From: Candidatus Saccharimonadota bacterium
GTDB taxonomy: Bacteria > Patescibacteriota > Patescibacteriia > 2-12-FULL-60-25
NCBI GenBank assembly: GCA_022843095.1
Contig: JALHOH010000002.1
Coordinates: forward strand, 240,001 to 272,000
Reading direction: 5' to 3'
Length of the DNA: 32,000 nucleotides
Both the position numbers and the translations under genes were made by a program. The notes under the pieces were generated by a model, which saw only the letters and a program-made list of their open reading frames with translations, did no database searches and was not told the DNA's origin. This document shows, piece by piece, positions 24,494-32,000 of this stretch. Each line of letters begins with the position of its first letter. Position 1 is the first letter of the stretch.

Positions 24494-24581
24494 TGGCGGA
24501 GAGGGAGGGATTCGAACCCTCGATACCTTGCGGTATGCTTGCTTTCCAAGCAAGTGCACTAGACCACTATGCGACCTCTCC
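24494..24581 (-). tRNA. tRNA-Ser (anticodon GGA), 88 nt with long variable arm and encoded CCA
   Basis: The reverse complement GGAGAGGTCGCATAGTGGTCTAGTGCACTTGCTTGGAAAGCAAGCATACCGCAAGGTATCGAGGGTTCGAATCCCTCCCTCTCCGCCA folds by hand. It gives a 7-bp acceptor, a D arm, anticodon stem CTTGC/GCAAG with loop TTGGAAA, a 16-nt variable arm, T arm GAGGG-TTCGAAT-CCCTC, a G discriminator and CCA. Confidence 0.93.
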
Positions 24582-24825
24582 ATGCTCGGCCTTGCGACAC
24601 TCCGCTGCGCAGGCGTCGGACGCCTGACTTCGCTACGGTCGCGGCCTGCGCGTACCCCATTGCTTCGGCGGACCTCAGCAACGGGGACCCCGCGGGAGAA
24701 TACTTGAACGAAACCGGGCAAAGCATACTGAATCCGAGAAAGAAGGGCAAGACCGCGTCGGGGGTTTCTTTTTTACCACGCGTTTCCTACAATCCCGGCG
24801 GTTCTTTGACACAGGAGGTGGTAAG

Positions 24826-25806
24826 GTGACACTCACATTGCGCGGGGTGCCGTTCCAACGCGTTGCAAACGCCGCAGGCGCACGCAACTTCGACGGAGCC
24901 GGATACCCCTTTCATGCCCTGGTTCCAGGGCTCAACTTCGAGAATGCCACGTTTGTAGCAAAAACGACGACGCTGGAGGCGAGGCCGGGCAACATGCCCC
25001 TGAAAGACGATCACCGAACGCCGGCGCAGTTCAAGCCGGATTGCATCCGCGTGCATCCCTGGAAGGGGATCGTGCTGAATGCGGTCGGGCTGTCCGGACC
25101 GGGGGCGCAATCCGTGCTCTCGCAGCAGGCGCTTTTGCGCTGGCCGAACCCGTTTTTCGTGTCGTTCATGTCCATCAAACAGACGGCGACCGAACGGCTC
25201 ACGGAACTCACCGTCTTTCGCTCGCTGCTGGGCACGTTTCTGCCGCTCTATGCCGCGAAGGTTGGGCTCGAGATCAACTTCTCGTGCCCGAACGTCGGCG
25301 TGAAGCACAAAGAGCTGTGCGCCGAAATCCAGGAAACGCTGGATCAACTCCGTACGCTCAAGATCCCGGTCGTCGTGAAGCTGAGTCCCCTGTTTCCGGT
25401 CGAGCAGGCGTGCGTGCTGGCCAAGCATCCGGCGCTGGATGCGCTCTGCATGGGAAACACCATTCCCTGGGGCGAAATGCCGGATGCGATCCCCTGGAAA
25501 CGCCTGTTCGGTACGGAAGTCTCCCCGCTTGCCCATCTGGGTGGCGGCGGACTCTCGGGCGCCCCACTCAAACCCATCGTCGAAGGATGGATTCGGAATG
25601 CGCGTGTGGCGGGATTCAAGAAGCCGATCATCGCGTGTGGCGGGATTCTGCAGGAACGGGATATCGACGATCTGATCGTCGCCGGTGCGGACGCAGTTCA
25701 GCTCGGGACGGTCGCGATCGTCCGTCCGTGGCGCGTGCGACGACTGGTGCAACATGCCCTGGCGCAATTCGCGCTGGCAGAAAAAGTGGGTGAGGTGGCA
25801 GCATGA
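24826..25806 (+). CDS. pyrD: Dihydroorotate dehydrogenase-like flavoprotein (class 1 type, SCPN motif)
   Basis: GTG start preceded by AGGAGG. Motifs: NAVGLSGPG, LEINFSCPNV, VVVKLSP, GGGLSGAPLKP, IIACGGI....D......AGADAVQLGT. The N-terminal third is divergent from canonical PyrD. Confidence 0.8.
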   Translation: MTLTLRGVPFQRVANAAGARNFDGAGYPFHALVPGLNFENATFVAKTTTLEARPGNMPLKDDHRTPAQFKPDCIRVHPWKGIVLNAVGLSGPGAQSVLSQQALLRWPNPFFVSFMSIKQTATERLTELTVFRSLLGTFLPLYAAKVGLEINFSCPNVGVKHKELCAEIQETLDQLRTLKIPVVVKLSPLFPVEQACVLAKHPALDALCMGNTIPWGEMPDAIPWKRLFGTEVSPLAHLGGGGLSGAPLKPIVEGWIRNARVAGFKKPIIACGGILQERDIDDLIVAGADAVQLGTVAIVRPWRVRRLVQHALAQFALAEKVGEVAA

Positions 25807-26861
25807 ACACGATCACGATTACCTGCGATCCGCTGGTGGATGCGCACGTACATCTTCGCACAGGGCCGCTGCTTCGGACGGTGGCACCGGAAACGGCACG
25901 GTATTCGGACATGGCGCTCGTCATGCCCAACATCGCGCCCCCCGTTCGCACCGTCGATGACGCCAAGCGGTATGAGCTGGATATCAAAGGCGTTATTCGT
26001 GCGGCATCGGAGGCGATGGACGCGACCTTTCGTCCGTGGTTCGCTCTTCAGCTCTGTGCCGACACGACGCCGCAGGTCATCAAAGAGGCGGCGGCGGACG
26101 ATTCCCCCGTTCTCGCGGTGAAGTACTACCCGCCAAACGTGACGCATGGAAAATCCGACGTCCGTGATCTGCAAGACATGCGTCCGACGCTGTCTGCCAT
26201 GGAGGCGCTGGAAGTTCCGCTTTGCCTGCATGCGGAGGTGCCGGGCGAAGATCCGCTCCGGGCAGAAGCGGCGTTCATCCCGACGATCAACTGGCTGGTC
26301 CAGACGTTCCCGCGCCTGCGCATCGTCGTGGAACACGTCACGTCGCGAGCCATGATCGAGGCCATCAAGGGGTGGCCGAAACACGTGGGGGCGACCATCA
26401 CGGCGCATCACCTGTTCCTGACCTTCGCCGATGTGATGGGGGCGCGACTGCATCCTCATCACTTCTGCAAACCGATCCCCAAAACGCCGGACGACCTGAT
26501 CGCCCTCCGCGAGGCCGCGCTCGAAGCTTCGCCAAAGTTCTTCTACGGCAGCGACAGTGCGCCGCACCTGAACGCGGCCAAGCGCTCGGCAGAGGCGCCG
26601 CCTGGCGTGTATACCGCGCCGGTTGCGCCCATGCTCCTCGTGGATCTCTTCTTCCATGCAGGAAAACCGGATGCGTTTCGGCGTTTCACGCGGATGAACG
26701 CCTGCACCTTCTACAACCTGGATGAAACACCTGCGTTCAAGCTGACCGCAACCTGCGATCTGACCGCGCAAGAACCACCCACGATCTCTCAGAAAGAGGA
26801 TCCGCACTGGTTCTTTGCCGGCAAACCGATGCGCTGGCAGGTGACGCGGACAACGCTCTAA
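25803..26861 (+). CDS. pyrC: Dihydroorotase, E. coli-type (class II)
   Basis: DAHVHLR, VMPNIAPPV, AVKYYPPN (carbamyl-lysine context), LCLHAE, VVEHVTS, ATITAHHL, CKPIPK, GSDSAPH. Collinear with my recollection of E. coli PyrC. Its start overlaps the pyrD-like stop by 4 nt. Confidence 0.9.
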   Translation: MNTITITCDPLVDAHVHLRTGPLLRTVAPETARYSDMALVMPNIAPPVRTVDDAKRYELDIKGVIRAASEAMDATFRPWFALQLCADTTPQVIKEAAADDSPVLAVKYYPPNVTHGKSDVRDLQDMRPTLSAMEALEVPLCLHAEVPGEDPLRAEAAFIPTINWLVQTFPRLRIVVEHVTSRAMIEAIKGWPKHVGATITAHHLFLTFADVMGARLHPHHFCKPIPKTPDDLIALREAALEASPKFFYGSDSAPHLNAAKRSAEAPPGVYTAPVAPMLLVDLFFHAGKPDAFRRFTRMNACTFYNLDETPAFKLTATCDLTAQEPPTISQKEDPHWFFAGKPMRWQVTRTTL

Positions 26862-26867
26862 CGCCTT

Positions 26868-26899
26868 CCCCTCTCGTCACGCGCGCGAGGGGATTTTTT
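26868..26899 (+). terminator. Probable Rho-independent terminator after pyrC
   Basis: CCCCTC (26868-26873) / GAGGGG (26887-26892) form a stem around a GC-rich 13-nt loop, followed by ATTTTTT (26893-26899). Confidence 0.5.
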
Positions 26900-26940
26900 G
26901 ATCCACATGTGATGTGCATTGTGTGGTATACTCGCGTTGA

Positions 26941-27930
26941 ATGGAGGAAACTCGGATTGCGCACCATCGGGCAGCGGCATCGCTCACGAATGCCGTCCCG
27001 ACCGCCCTCCCAACGGACACCGTCGGGAAGATTTTGACGCGCATTCAAACGCACGCCGACGTGTTCGAAACGCTCCACTACGTCTACATCCTTAATCCAC
27101 GCCAACAATTGAAGGGCGTGATCTCGATGAAGGAATTGCTGCGCTCGCCAAAAGCCGTCGAAGTCCGCGGGCGGATGGAAAAGCGCCTCATCACGATCGG
27201 ACCAGGAACGGATCGCATCAACGGCGCACGACTTGCGCTCAAATACGGACTCAAAGCTATCCCGGTCGTCGATACGTTTGATCGATTTCTTGGCGTGTTG
27301 ACCCCGGATCAAATCCTCCACGATTTGCACACCCGCCAGCTGGAACAGGCGCTTCATTCGGCGGGGATGCGCTTCCGCGATCCGGCACACGCGCTGCTTA
27401 AAGCAACTGCGTTTCAACACATCGAAAAGCGTGCACCATGGCTTTTGGTTGGACTGGCCGGTGGGTTATTGGGGGCTGGTCTCATGGAACGGTATAGCGC
27501 GGCACTACAGACCGAGTTCCTGCTTGCGGCGTTTGTCCCGGCCATTTTGTACATCTCAAACGCGCTTGGGATGCAAACGCAGACGCTGTTCGTCCGCGCG
27601 CTCGCGCTCGAACCAAAACTCAACCTCCGCTGGTTTGTGTGGCGTGAATTCAAAATCGGGATCTACCTCTCCATCTTATTCGCCGCGATCAGCGCCATGG
27701 TGACGCTTGTCCTGTGGCAGCAACACATCATCAGCATTATCATTGGTCTCGCCTTTGCTGCAACCATGTTGGTCGGGATGACCACGGCGCTTATGCTCAC
27801 CTGCCTGTTGCGCAAACTCAAGGTCGATCCCGGCGTTGCGGGTGGCCCCTTCGCGACGGTCATGTCAGATCTCTTAAGCCTTGCGACCTACGTCGGCATC
27901 AGTGTTTCCCTCATCCCCTTCCTCAAATAA
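26941..27930 (+). CDS. mgtE: Magnesium transporter MgtE, short form (CBS pair plus TM domain, no N domain)
   Basis: CBS-like segments (HYVYILNPRQQLKGVISMKELL; IPVVDTFDRFLGVLTPDQIL), then the MgtE channel domain (RAPWLLVGLAGGLLGAG.., FVPAILYISNALGMQTQT.., DPGVAGGPFATVMSDLLSLATY). Confidence 0.85.
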   Translation: MEETRIAHHRAAASLTNAVPTALPTDTVGKILTRIQTHADVFETLHYVYILNPRQQLKGVISMKELLRSPKAVEVRGRMEKRLITIGPGTDRINGARLALKYGLKAIPVVDTFDRFLGVLTPDQILHDLHTRQLEQALHSAGMRFRDPAHALLKATAFQHIEKRAPWLLVGLAGGLLGAGLMERYSAALQTEFLLAAFVPAILYISNALGMQTQTLFVRALALEPKLNLRWFVWREFKIGIYLSILFAAISAMVTLVLWQQHIISIIIGLAFAATMLVGMTTALMLTCLLRKLKVDPGVAGGPFATVMSDLLSLATYVGISVSLIPFLK

Positions 27931-27939
27931 TGCGCAAAC

Positions 27940-27967
27940 AAAAAACACGCCCTCGGGCGTGTTTTTT
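27940..27967. terminator. Bidirectional Rho-independent terminator between convergent mgtE and the DsbA-like gene
   Basis: AAAAAACACGCC (27940-27951) / GGCGTGTTTTTT (27956-27967) form a perfect 12-bp stem with loop CTCG. An A-tract and a T-tract serve the two strands. Confidence 0.8.
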
Positions 27968-27973
27968 GTGAGC

Positions 27974-28723
27974 TTATTTCGAGGCTCCCGCGGCTACGAT
28001 TTCCTGCTTCAACATTTCGTAGGGCACGGCACCGGACACAAGCTTGCCGTTCACGAAGGTGGCTGGCGTCCCTTCCACCCCGGCGGATTCTCCTTCCATC
28101 ATGTCCGTCGAGACGCGCGTCTTCACGTCCTGATCCGAGTCCAGACACTTGGTGAAATCCGCTTCCTTGAGCCCCATCTCTTTCGCCAAACGGACGTAGA
28201 GATCGCGGCCAAGCGTGGTCTGGTTTTCAAACAACTTGTCGTGCATCGTCCAGAACTTGTCGTTGCCACCAAGCTTCGCCGCGCATTCTGATGCGACAGC
28301 GGCCGGCGTGGCCTGCGGGTGGAACGATAACGGGAAGTGACGATAGACCAAGCGCACATCGTTCGGGAAATCCTTCAGCGCCTGCTTGATCGCCGGAAGA
28401 TGACGGCTGCAGAACGGACATTCGAAATCCGAGTATTCGATGAGCGTCACCTTCGCGTTCTTGTTGCCAAGAATGTGATCTTTGTCAGAGACCGGCTTGA
28501 CCGGACCCGCGGGCGTTGGCGTTGGGGACGGAGAGGGCGATGGGGACGGCGTCGGGTTTGTAGCAACGACGTTGGTGCCACCGGCAGCCAACGACTTTCC
28601 GCTCCAAACAAGACTTACGACCGACCCAAGCGCGACAATGGACGAGATGGCGAGGCCGAGAAAGAGACCCATGTAAAACATGGTTTTCGGACTCCCGCTC
28701 CAGAATCCTTGAGGTTGCTCCAT
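27974..28723 (-). CDS. Membrane-anchored DsbA-like thiol:disulfide oxidoreductase (thioredoxin fold, CPFC)
   Basis: TM anchor (MFYMGLFLGLAISSIVALGSVVSLV), (S/T-P)n linker, then VTLIEYSDFECPFCSRH..VYRHFPLSFHPQA. Trimmed from 28813 to ATG 28723. Confidence 0.8.
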   Translation of the reverse strand: MEQPQGFWSGSPKTMFYMGLFLGLAISSIVALGSVVSLVWSGKSLAAGGTNVVATNPTPSPSPSPSPTPTPAGPVKPVSDKDHILGNKNAKVTLIEYSDFECPFCSRHLPAIKQALKDFPNDVRLVYRHFPLSFHPQATPAAVASECAAKLGGNDKFWTMHDKLFENQTTLGRDLYVRLAKEMGLKEADFTKCLDSDQDVKTRVSTDMMEGESAGVEGTPATFVNGKLVSGAVPYEMLKQEIVAAGASK

Positions 28724-28816
28724 AGAATACTGTTGAACAGTTATGGTACAATGACCTTTTTTAGGCATGTACAAGTATACGGGCACCCCCCGCGATCGTC
28801 GACAGCGTGTCAAGGA

Positions 28817-29530
28817 TTATGGCTGCGTCGAAGTGGTGAGAGGCGCGACAGGAGGCAACGCGGCTTCGATCGCGGCGGCAAATTCCTGCGCATTCCGCGG
28901 ATAGATGCGACGGTTCCCCACAAAAAACGTTGGCGTCGCATTCACGCGGTTCTTCATCGCCTCGTTCACGTCTTCTTGGATGGCATTCGCATAGCGTTCT
29001 TGCGACATGCACTCCTTCCATTTGTCATGATTGTACGGCCCCTTCTCTGCCAACGACTGCGCGATCCGTTCGTACACCGGTTGCGGATCACGCGCATTCT
29101 CCCAAGAGGATTGCTGAGCGTACAACGTGTCGTGATAGGTCCAAAACCATCCCTGTTCATGCGCGCAGCGTGCGGCAAGCGCAGAAGAACGTGCATTGCG
29201 GTGCATTGGCAGCGGAAAATCCTTCCACACAAACTTCACTCCCAAATCGCGGAACCGTTCGATGGTCGGCTTCACAAACGCCTCTGCTGCACGGCAAGCC
29301 GGGCACTGAAAATCGCCGTAGATTTGGACCGTCACCTTGGCGTCTTTCTCTGGCCCCTGAAACGGATGTCCTTCATCCGTAAACACAAGCCCCTCTTCTA
29401 CCCCACCCGGACCAACCGGTCCTGGATCGGCCGGCGCCTTTAGAACTGCGTAAATAAACCCCACAAACAGGAGCCCGGTCACCGCAACGATGCCGGCGAT
29501 CAATTTGCCATTTTGCGTAGATTCTTGCAT
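28817..29530 (-). CDS. Membrane-anchored DsbA-like thiol:disulfide oxidoreductase (CPAC), paralogue of the downstream gene
   Basis: TM anchor (LIAGIVAVTGLLFVGFIYAVL), then VTVQIYGDFQCPACRAAE..VWKDFPLPMHRNA. Trimmed from 29695 to ATG 29530, downstream of the trxB stop. Confidence 0.8.
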   Translation of the reverse strand: MQESTQNGKLIAGIVAVTGLLFVGFIYAVLKAPADPGPVGPGGVEEGLVFTDEGHPFQGPEKDAKVTVQIYGDFQCPACRAAEAFVKPTIERFRDLGVKFVWKDFPLPMHRNARSSALAARCAHEQGWFWTYHDTLYAQQSSWENARDPQPVYERIAQSLAEKGPYNHDKWKECMSQERYANAIQEDVNEAMKNRVNATPTFFVGNRRIYPRNAQEFAAAIEAALPPVAPLTTSTQP

Positions 29531-29583
29531 ACCCACCCATCCTAGCCGGTTGGATGGCGGACGTGAAGAAACGCGCACGCCGC

Positions 29584-30495
29584 TTACTCGTGCGTCTGTA
29601 AATACTTGATGATGGAAAGCGCCGCCTTGCTCCCCTCCCCCACGGCAATGGCGATTTGCTTCTCCGCCACATCGGTCACATCTCCCGCGGCCCACACCCC
29701 CTCCACGTTGGTGGCATTATACTTATCCACAATAATCTGCCCCCATTTATCTTTGGCGACAAAAGAAATATATGCCGCCGCCGGGACAAGTCCGATCTCA
29801 ATAAATACCCCGGTGCACGGCTCGATCCGTTCGACGCCCGCATGCTGCAGCTGAATCCCCGTGACCATGGTTTCCCCCAAAATGCCGGTGGTGCGCGTTT
29901 CTGCATGGACGCGAATTCGAGGATGGGTCAGCACTTTTTTTAACATGACCGCATCGCCACGCAGGTCTTTATTAACGGTCACAAGCAACACCTCGCGTGC
30001 ATAAGTGGCGGCAAATAGCGCTCCATCCATCGCCGAATTCCCCCCGCCGATCACGACTACGCGCTGATCCTTAAACAGCGGCGCATCACAGGTTGCGCAG
30101 TACGTCACCCCTTTTCCATAAAACGTTTTTTCTCCAGGGACGTTCAACGTGCGATGGGTTGCACCAGAAGCCACCAACACCAAGCGCGCCTCTACCACAC
30201 TTCCATCCGACAACTGCGCGCGATACCCACGCTCCAGTTTTTCCAGCATCGTGACACGAAGGCCTTCACGAAGATCCATCGCGTCGCGATAGTCCGCCAA
30301 ATGTTCTTGAAACTTCTTCACCAACGAAATCCCATCTAAGAGATGAAATCCTAAATAGTTCTCCACATCCGCAGACCAAAGCGTTTGTCCGCCAATGATC
30401 TCAGCGACCATGGTCAATCGGACGCGCTGTCGAGCGAGATACACGGCCGCAGCCAGCGCGGCCGGACCGCCGCCCACGATCAACACGTCCACCAT
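29584..30495 (-). CDS. trxB: Thioredoxin-disulfide reductase
   Basis: VLIVGGGPAALAAAVY (FAD GxGxxA), YCATCDAPLF (CATC redox centre), VVVIGGGNSAMDGA (NADPH site), GVWAAGDV. Confidence 0.9.
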   Translation of the reverse strand: MVDVLIVGGGPAALAAAVYLARQRVRLTMVAEIIGGQTLWSADVENYLGFHLLDGISLVKKFQEHLADYRDAMDLREGLRVTMLEKLERGYRAQLSDGSVVEARLVLVASGATHRTLNVPGEKTFYGKGVTYCATCDAPLFKDQRVVVIGGGNSAMDGALFAATYAREVLLVTVNKDLRGDAVMLKKVLTHPRIRVHAETRTTGILGETMVTGIQLQHAGVERIEPCTGVFIEIGLVPAAAYISFVAKDKWGQIIVDKYNATNVEGVWAAGDVTDVAEKQIAIAVGEGSKAALSIIKYLQTHE

Positions 30496-30501
30496 AGTCG
30501 A

Positions 30502-30708
30502 CTAGCGGTTCACGAGGTGCGATTGCGACATGGCACGCACTTCTTGGATCAAATGCAACCGTTCTGCGCGAAGGTCTTGGAGGTCGCGAAGCGATCCAAG
30601 CAATAACACGGACAGAAGCGCGACGAGCGTGCACAGCACCGTGTGATACAGCCCATACCAACGTGGGGCTGGCAACGCATCCGAAGGCGTACGTGACATG
30701 CGAGACAT
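30502..30708 (-). CDS. Small bitopic TM plus coiled-coil protein (68 aa)
   Basis: ORF trimmed to ATG 30708, just after the lgt stop: MSRMSRTPSDALPAPRWYGLYHTVLCTLVALLSVLLLGSLRDLQDLRAERLHLIQEVRAM. Supported by topology and operon position only. Confidence 0.35.
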   Translation of the reverse strand: MSRMSRTPSDALPAPRWYGLYHTVLCTLVALLSVLLLGSLRDLQDLRAERLHLIQEVRAMSQSHLVNR

Positions 30709-30716
30709 AGCAGTGT

Positions 30717-31466
30717 TCAGCGAGAGTGTAGCACAAAACCCCGACGAATGAGGAGAACCCCGGCGAGGAAGAGTGGGATCGAAAGCCACTGTGTGGGGGT
30801 AAGCCCCGCATAGCGAACATCCACCACACGCAAGAAATCCAAGCTAAAACGCGTCGTTCCTTCGATCAACATGTACACGCCAAACCAGTACCCCTTTGCC
30901 CGAGGACGGCGATTCAATACCAAAAACGCAATCCCCGTAAGAAACCCAATGATCGAAAGATAGAGTCCTAAATCATGACGGACCTCGCCATCAGGATAAC
31001 GAACACCCAACCAAAACGACGTAAGCGTTCCTGGATGATCATGGATCAAAAAACACCCGATACGTCCGACACCACATCCCCATGGCAACCCCCAAATCAA
31101 CGTGTCTGCATAGGCAAGCACATCCAGCGCGTGTTTGCGGACATACCACCAAAACGCCGCACCCGCCCCCAAAAACCCGCCAAACATCGCAAACCCCGGT
31201 TTACGCGGATCAAGCGCCTCCCAAGGATGGGCCAGGTAATGCGCCGGGTCATAGAACAGCACATGGAAGATCCGCGCGCCCAAAAATGCCGCAAGAAAAA
31301 TCCAAAAGGCGAGGTCGGTGATCTTCTTTGGATCCAGGCCGTACTTCACCGCACGCTGCGTCGCGATCCAGGTCCCCAATAAAAATCCGGCTGCAACAAA
31401 CGTCCCCCATGTTTGAAACGGGATTCCAAGAATCGGGACAGAAGTGACGCCAAAATAGGGAATCAT
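30717..31466 (-). CDS. lgt: Prolipoprotein diacylglyceryl transferase
   Basis: FQTWGTFVAAGFLLG.., FLGARIFHVLFY, GFAMFGGFLGA, GRIGCFLIHDHPG, and RHDLGLYLSII fit Lgt. Trimmed to ATG 31466, which overlaps the upstream stop (ATGA). Confidence 0.9.
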   Translation of the reverse strand: MIPYFGVTSVPILGIPFQTWGTFVAAGFLLGTWIATQRAVKYGLDPKKITDLAFWIFLAAFLGARIFHVLFYDPAHYLAHPWEALDPRKPGFAMFGGFLGAGAAFWWYVRKHALDVLAYADTLIWGLPWGCGVGRIGCFLIHDHPGTLTSFWLGVRYPDGEVRHDLGLYLSIIGFLTGIAFLVLNRRPRAKGYWFGVYMLIEGTTRFSLDFLRVVDVRYAGLTPTQWLSIPLFLAGVLLIRRGFVLHSR

Positions 31467-31861
31467 GCACGTCGAGACACAAACCACAGGACCTGCGCCG
31501 GCCACACGATCAACGAACATCCAAAAACGAGATACAGCGTTGTGGGAGAGATGGGCGCCCCCACAAGCGACGCAATCGTAAACAGCGATGGGAGAACCTG
31601 GTCATACGCTCCGACCCGCGTCCCCCACGGAAGACGCAGATACACCCAAGGAACAAGATACGCCCCAAGCGGTGCCAGCAAAAATGCGAACAGGAGCGCG
31701 CCTCCGTCGGCGCCGTAGTACACGCCGTATTGAAACGTCGTCATCGGCTCAAACCCGCGTGTAAGCAAAATCGTCAGCGCGTGAACGATCCCCCAAAATG
31801 CCACGTAGCCAAGCTCGGCCGTTAACACAAGCAGCAACGCACGATCTTTGGTGAGACGCAT
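31463..31861 (-). CDS. Hypothetical integral membrane protein
   Basis: ORF trimmed to ATG 31861 (MRLTKDRALLLVLTAELGYVAFWGIVHALTILL...). It has four or more hydrophobic segments and is translationally coupled to lgt. The track's N-terminal extension is R-rich and overlaps a better upstream frame. Confidence 0.45.
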   Translation of the reverse strand: MRLTKDRALLLVLTAELGYVAFWGIVHALTILLTRGFEPMTTFQYGVYYGADGGALLFAFLLAPLGAYLVPWVYLRLPWGTRVGAYDQVLPSLFTIASLVGAPISPTTLYLVFGCSLIVWPAQVLWFVSRRA

Positions 31862-31868
31862 AGTCTTA

Positions 31869-32000
31869 TTAAAGGACGCGTAAGGTACGTAAGGCGGCGC
31901 GAAAATCGTGTAACGCCTGTGACGCTGACCGCGGGGTGAGTTCAAACGCCACGTCATGCGCAAGTTGGTTGCGCAGCTTGTGCGCCGGCCACACCTGCTG
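31869..32000 (-). CDS. C-terminal 43 codons of an edge-truncated ORF carrying an R-x4-H (RNQLAH) HEPN-like motif
   Basis: My translation is ..SRCGRRTKLRNQLAHDVAFELTPRSASQALHDFRAALRTLRVL*, with stop TAA at 31871-31869, 7 nt upstream of the next start. It is short and sits in a high-GC context, so chance openness is possible. Confidence 0.3.
   Translation of the reverse strand, partial: QQVWPAHKLRNQLAHDVAFELTPRSASQALHDFRAALRTLRVL

Noticed and set aside
24787-26807. Minus-strand ORFs of 326 aa and 369 aa (plus 25041..25793 +) overlapping pyrD-like and pyrC
   Set aside because: They are arginine- and histidine-rich with no motifs. The + strand frames carry complete DHOD and dihydroorotase signatures and a strong SD, so these are antisense shadow ORFs.
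28500-28575. Apparent DNA repeat (GGGGACGG / GGCGATGG units)
   Set aside because: It encodes the (S/T-P)n linker PTPSPSPSPSPTPTP of the DsbA-like protein. This is a low-complexity coding linker, not an independent repeat element.
28337-29443. + strand 368-aa ORF across both DsbA-like genes
   Set aside because: It is an R-rich nonsense-looking product antisense to two thioredoxin-fold genes with CxxC sites and TM anchors.
1-32000. CRISPR arrays, rRNA genes, IS elements or transposases
   Set aside because: None were seen. There are no regularly spaced repeats, no rRNA-like conserved blocks, and no DDE or serine recombinase signatures in any listed ORF.

Overview
The window is a high-GC chromosomal backbone (sampled 60-nt lines about 60% GC). 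It is interrupted at about 13443-24493 by an ~11 kb low-GC island (sampled lines about 43% GC) that abuts the 3' end of a tRNA-Ser(GGA) gene. Backbone genes, mostly on the minus strand: a membrane-anchored Clp-like AAA+ ATPase (partial), the start of a dcw cluster (mraZ-rsmH-ftsL-like), uvrA-uvrC, small bitopic coiled-coil proteins, DoxX, a cytochrome-b5-like protein, two glycosyltransferases, VanW, DUF1653 and a YdeN-type hydrolase. To the right of the island: pyrD-like/pyrC, a short mgtE, two DsbA-like proteins, trxB and lgt. Several backbone proteins have reduced architectures (UvrC without the HhH tail, UvrA without the insertion domain, MgtE without the N domain). This resembles small-genome (CPR-like) bacteria but cannot be proven from this window. 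The island is the main point of interest. It holds a tightly spaced five-gene minus-strand operon: Type III res (N-terminus displaced by a +1 frameshift), a DinD homologue, Type III mod, a 62-aa excisionase-type HTH, and an orphan 1113-aa polytopic membrane protein with no domain I can recognise. It also holds a separate GIY-YIG/DUF4357 gene and a badly decayed, 5'-truncated tyrosine integrase next to the tRNA. I propose the HTH plus 1113-aa pair, and possibly DinD, as candidate undescribed defence accessories of the R-M system. That is inference and needs profile, structure and experimental tests. No CRISPR array, rRNA or intact transposase was seen. The supplied ORF track omits edge-truncated ORFs and uses alternative start codons. 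Several starts were trimmed by me and two edge ORFs were added by manual translation.
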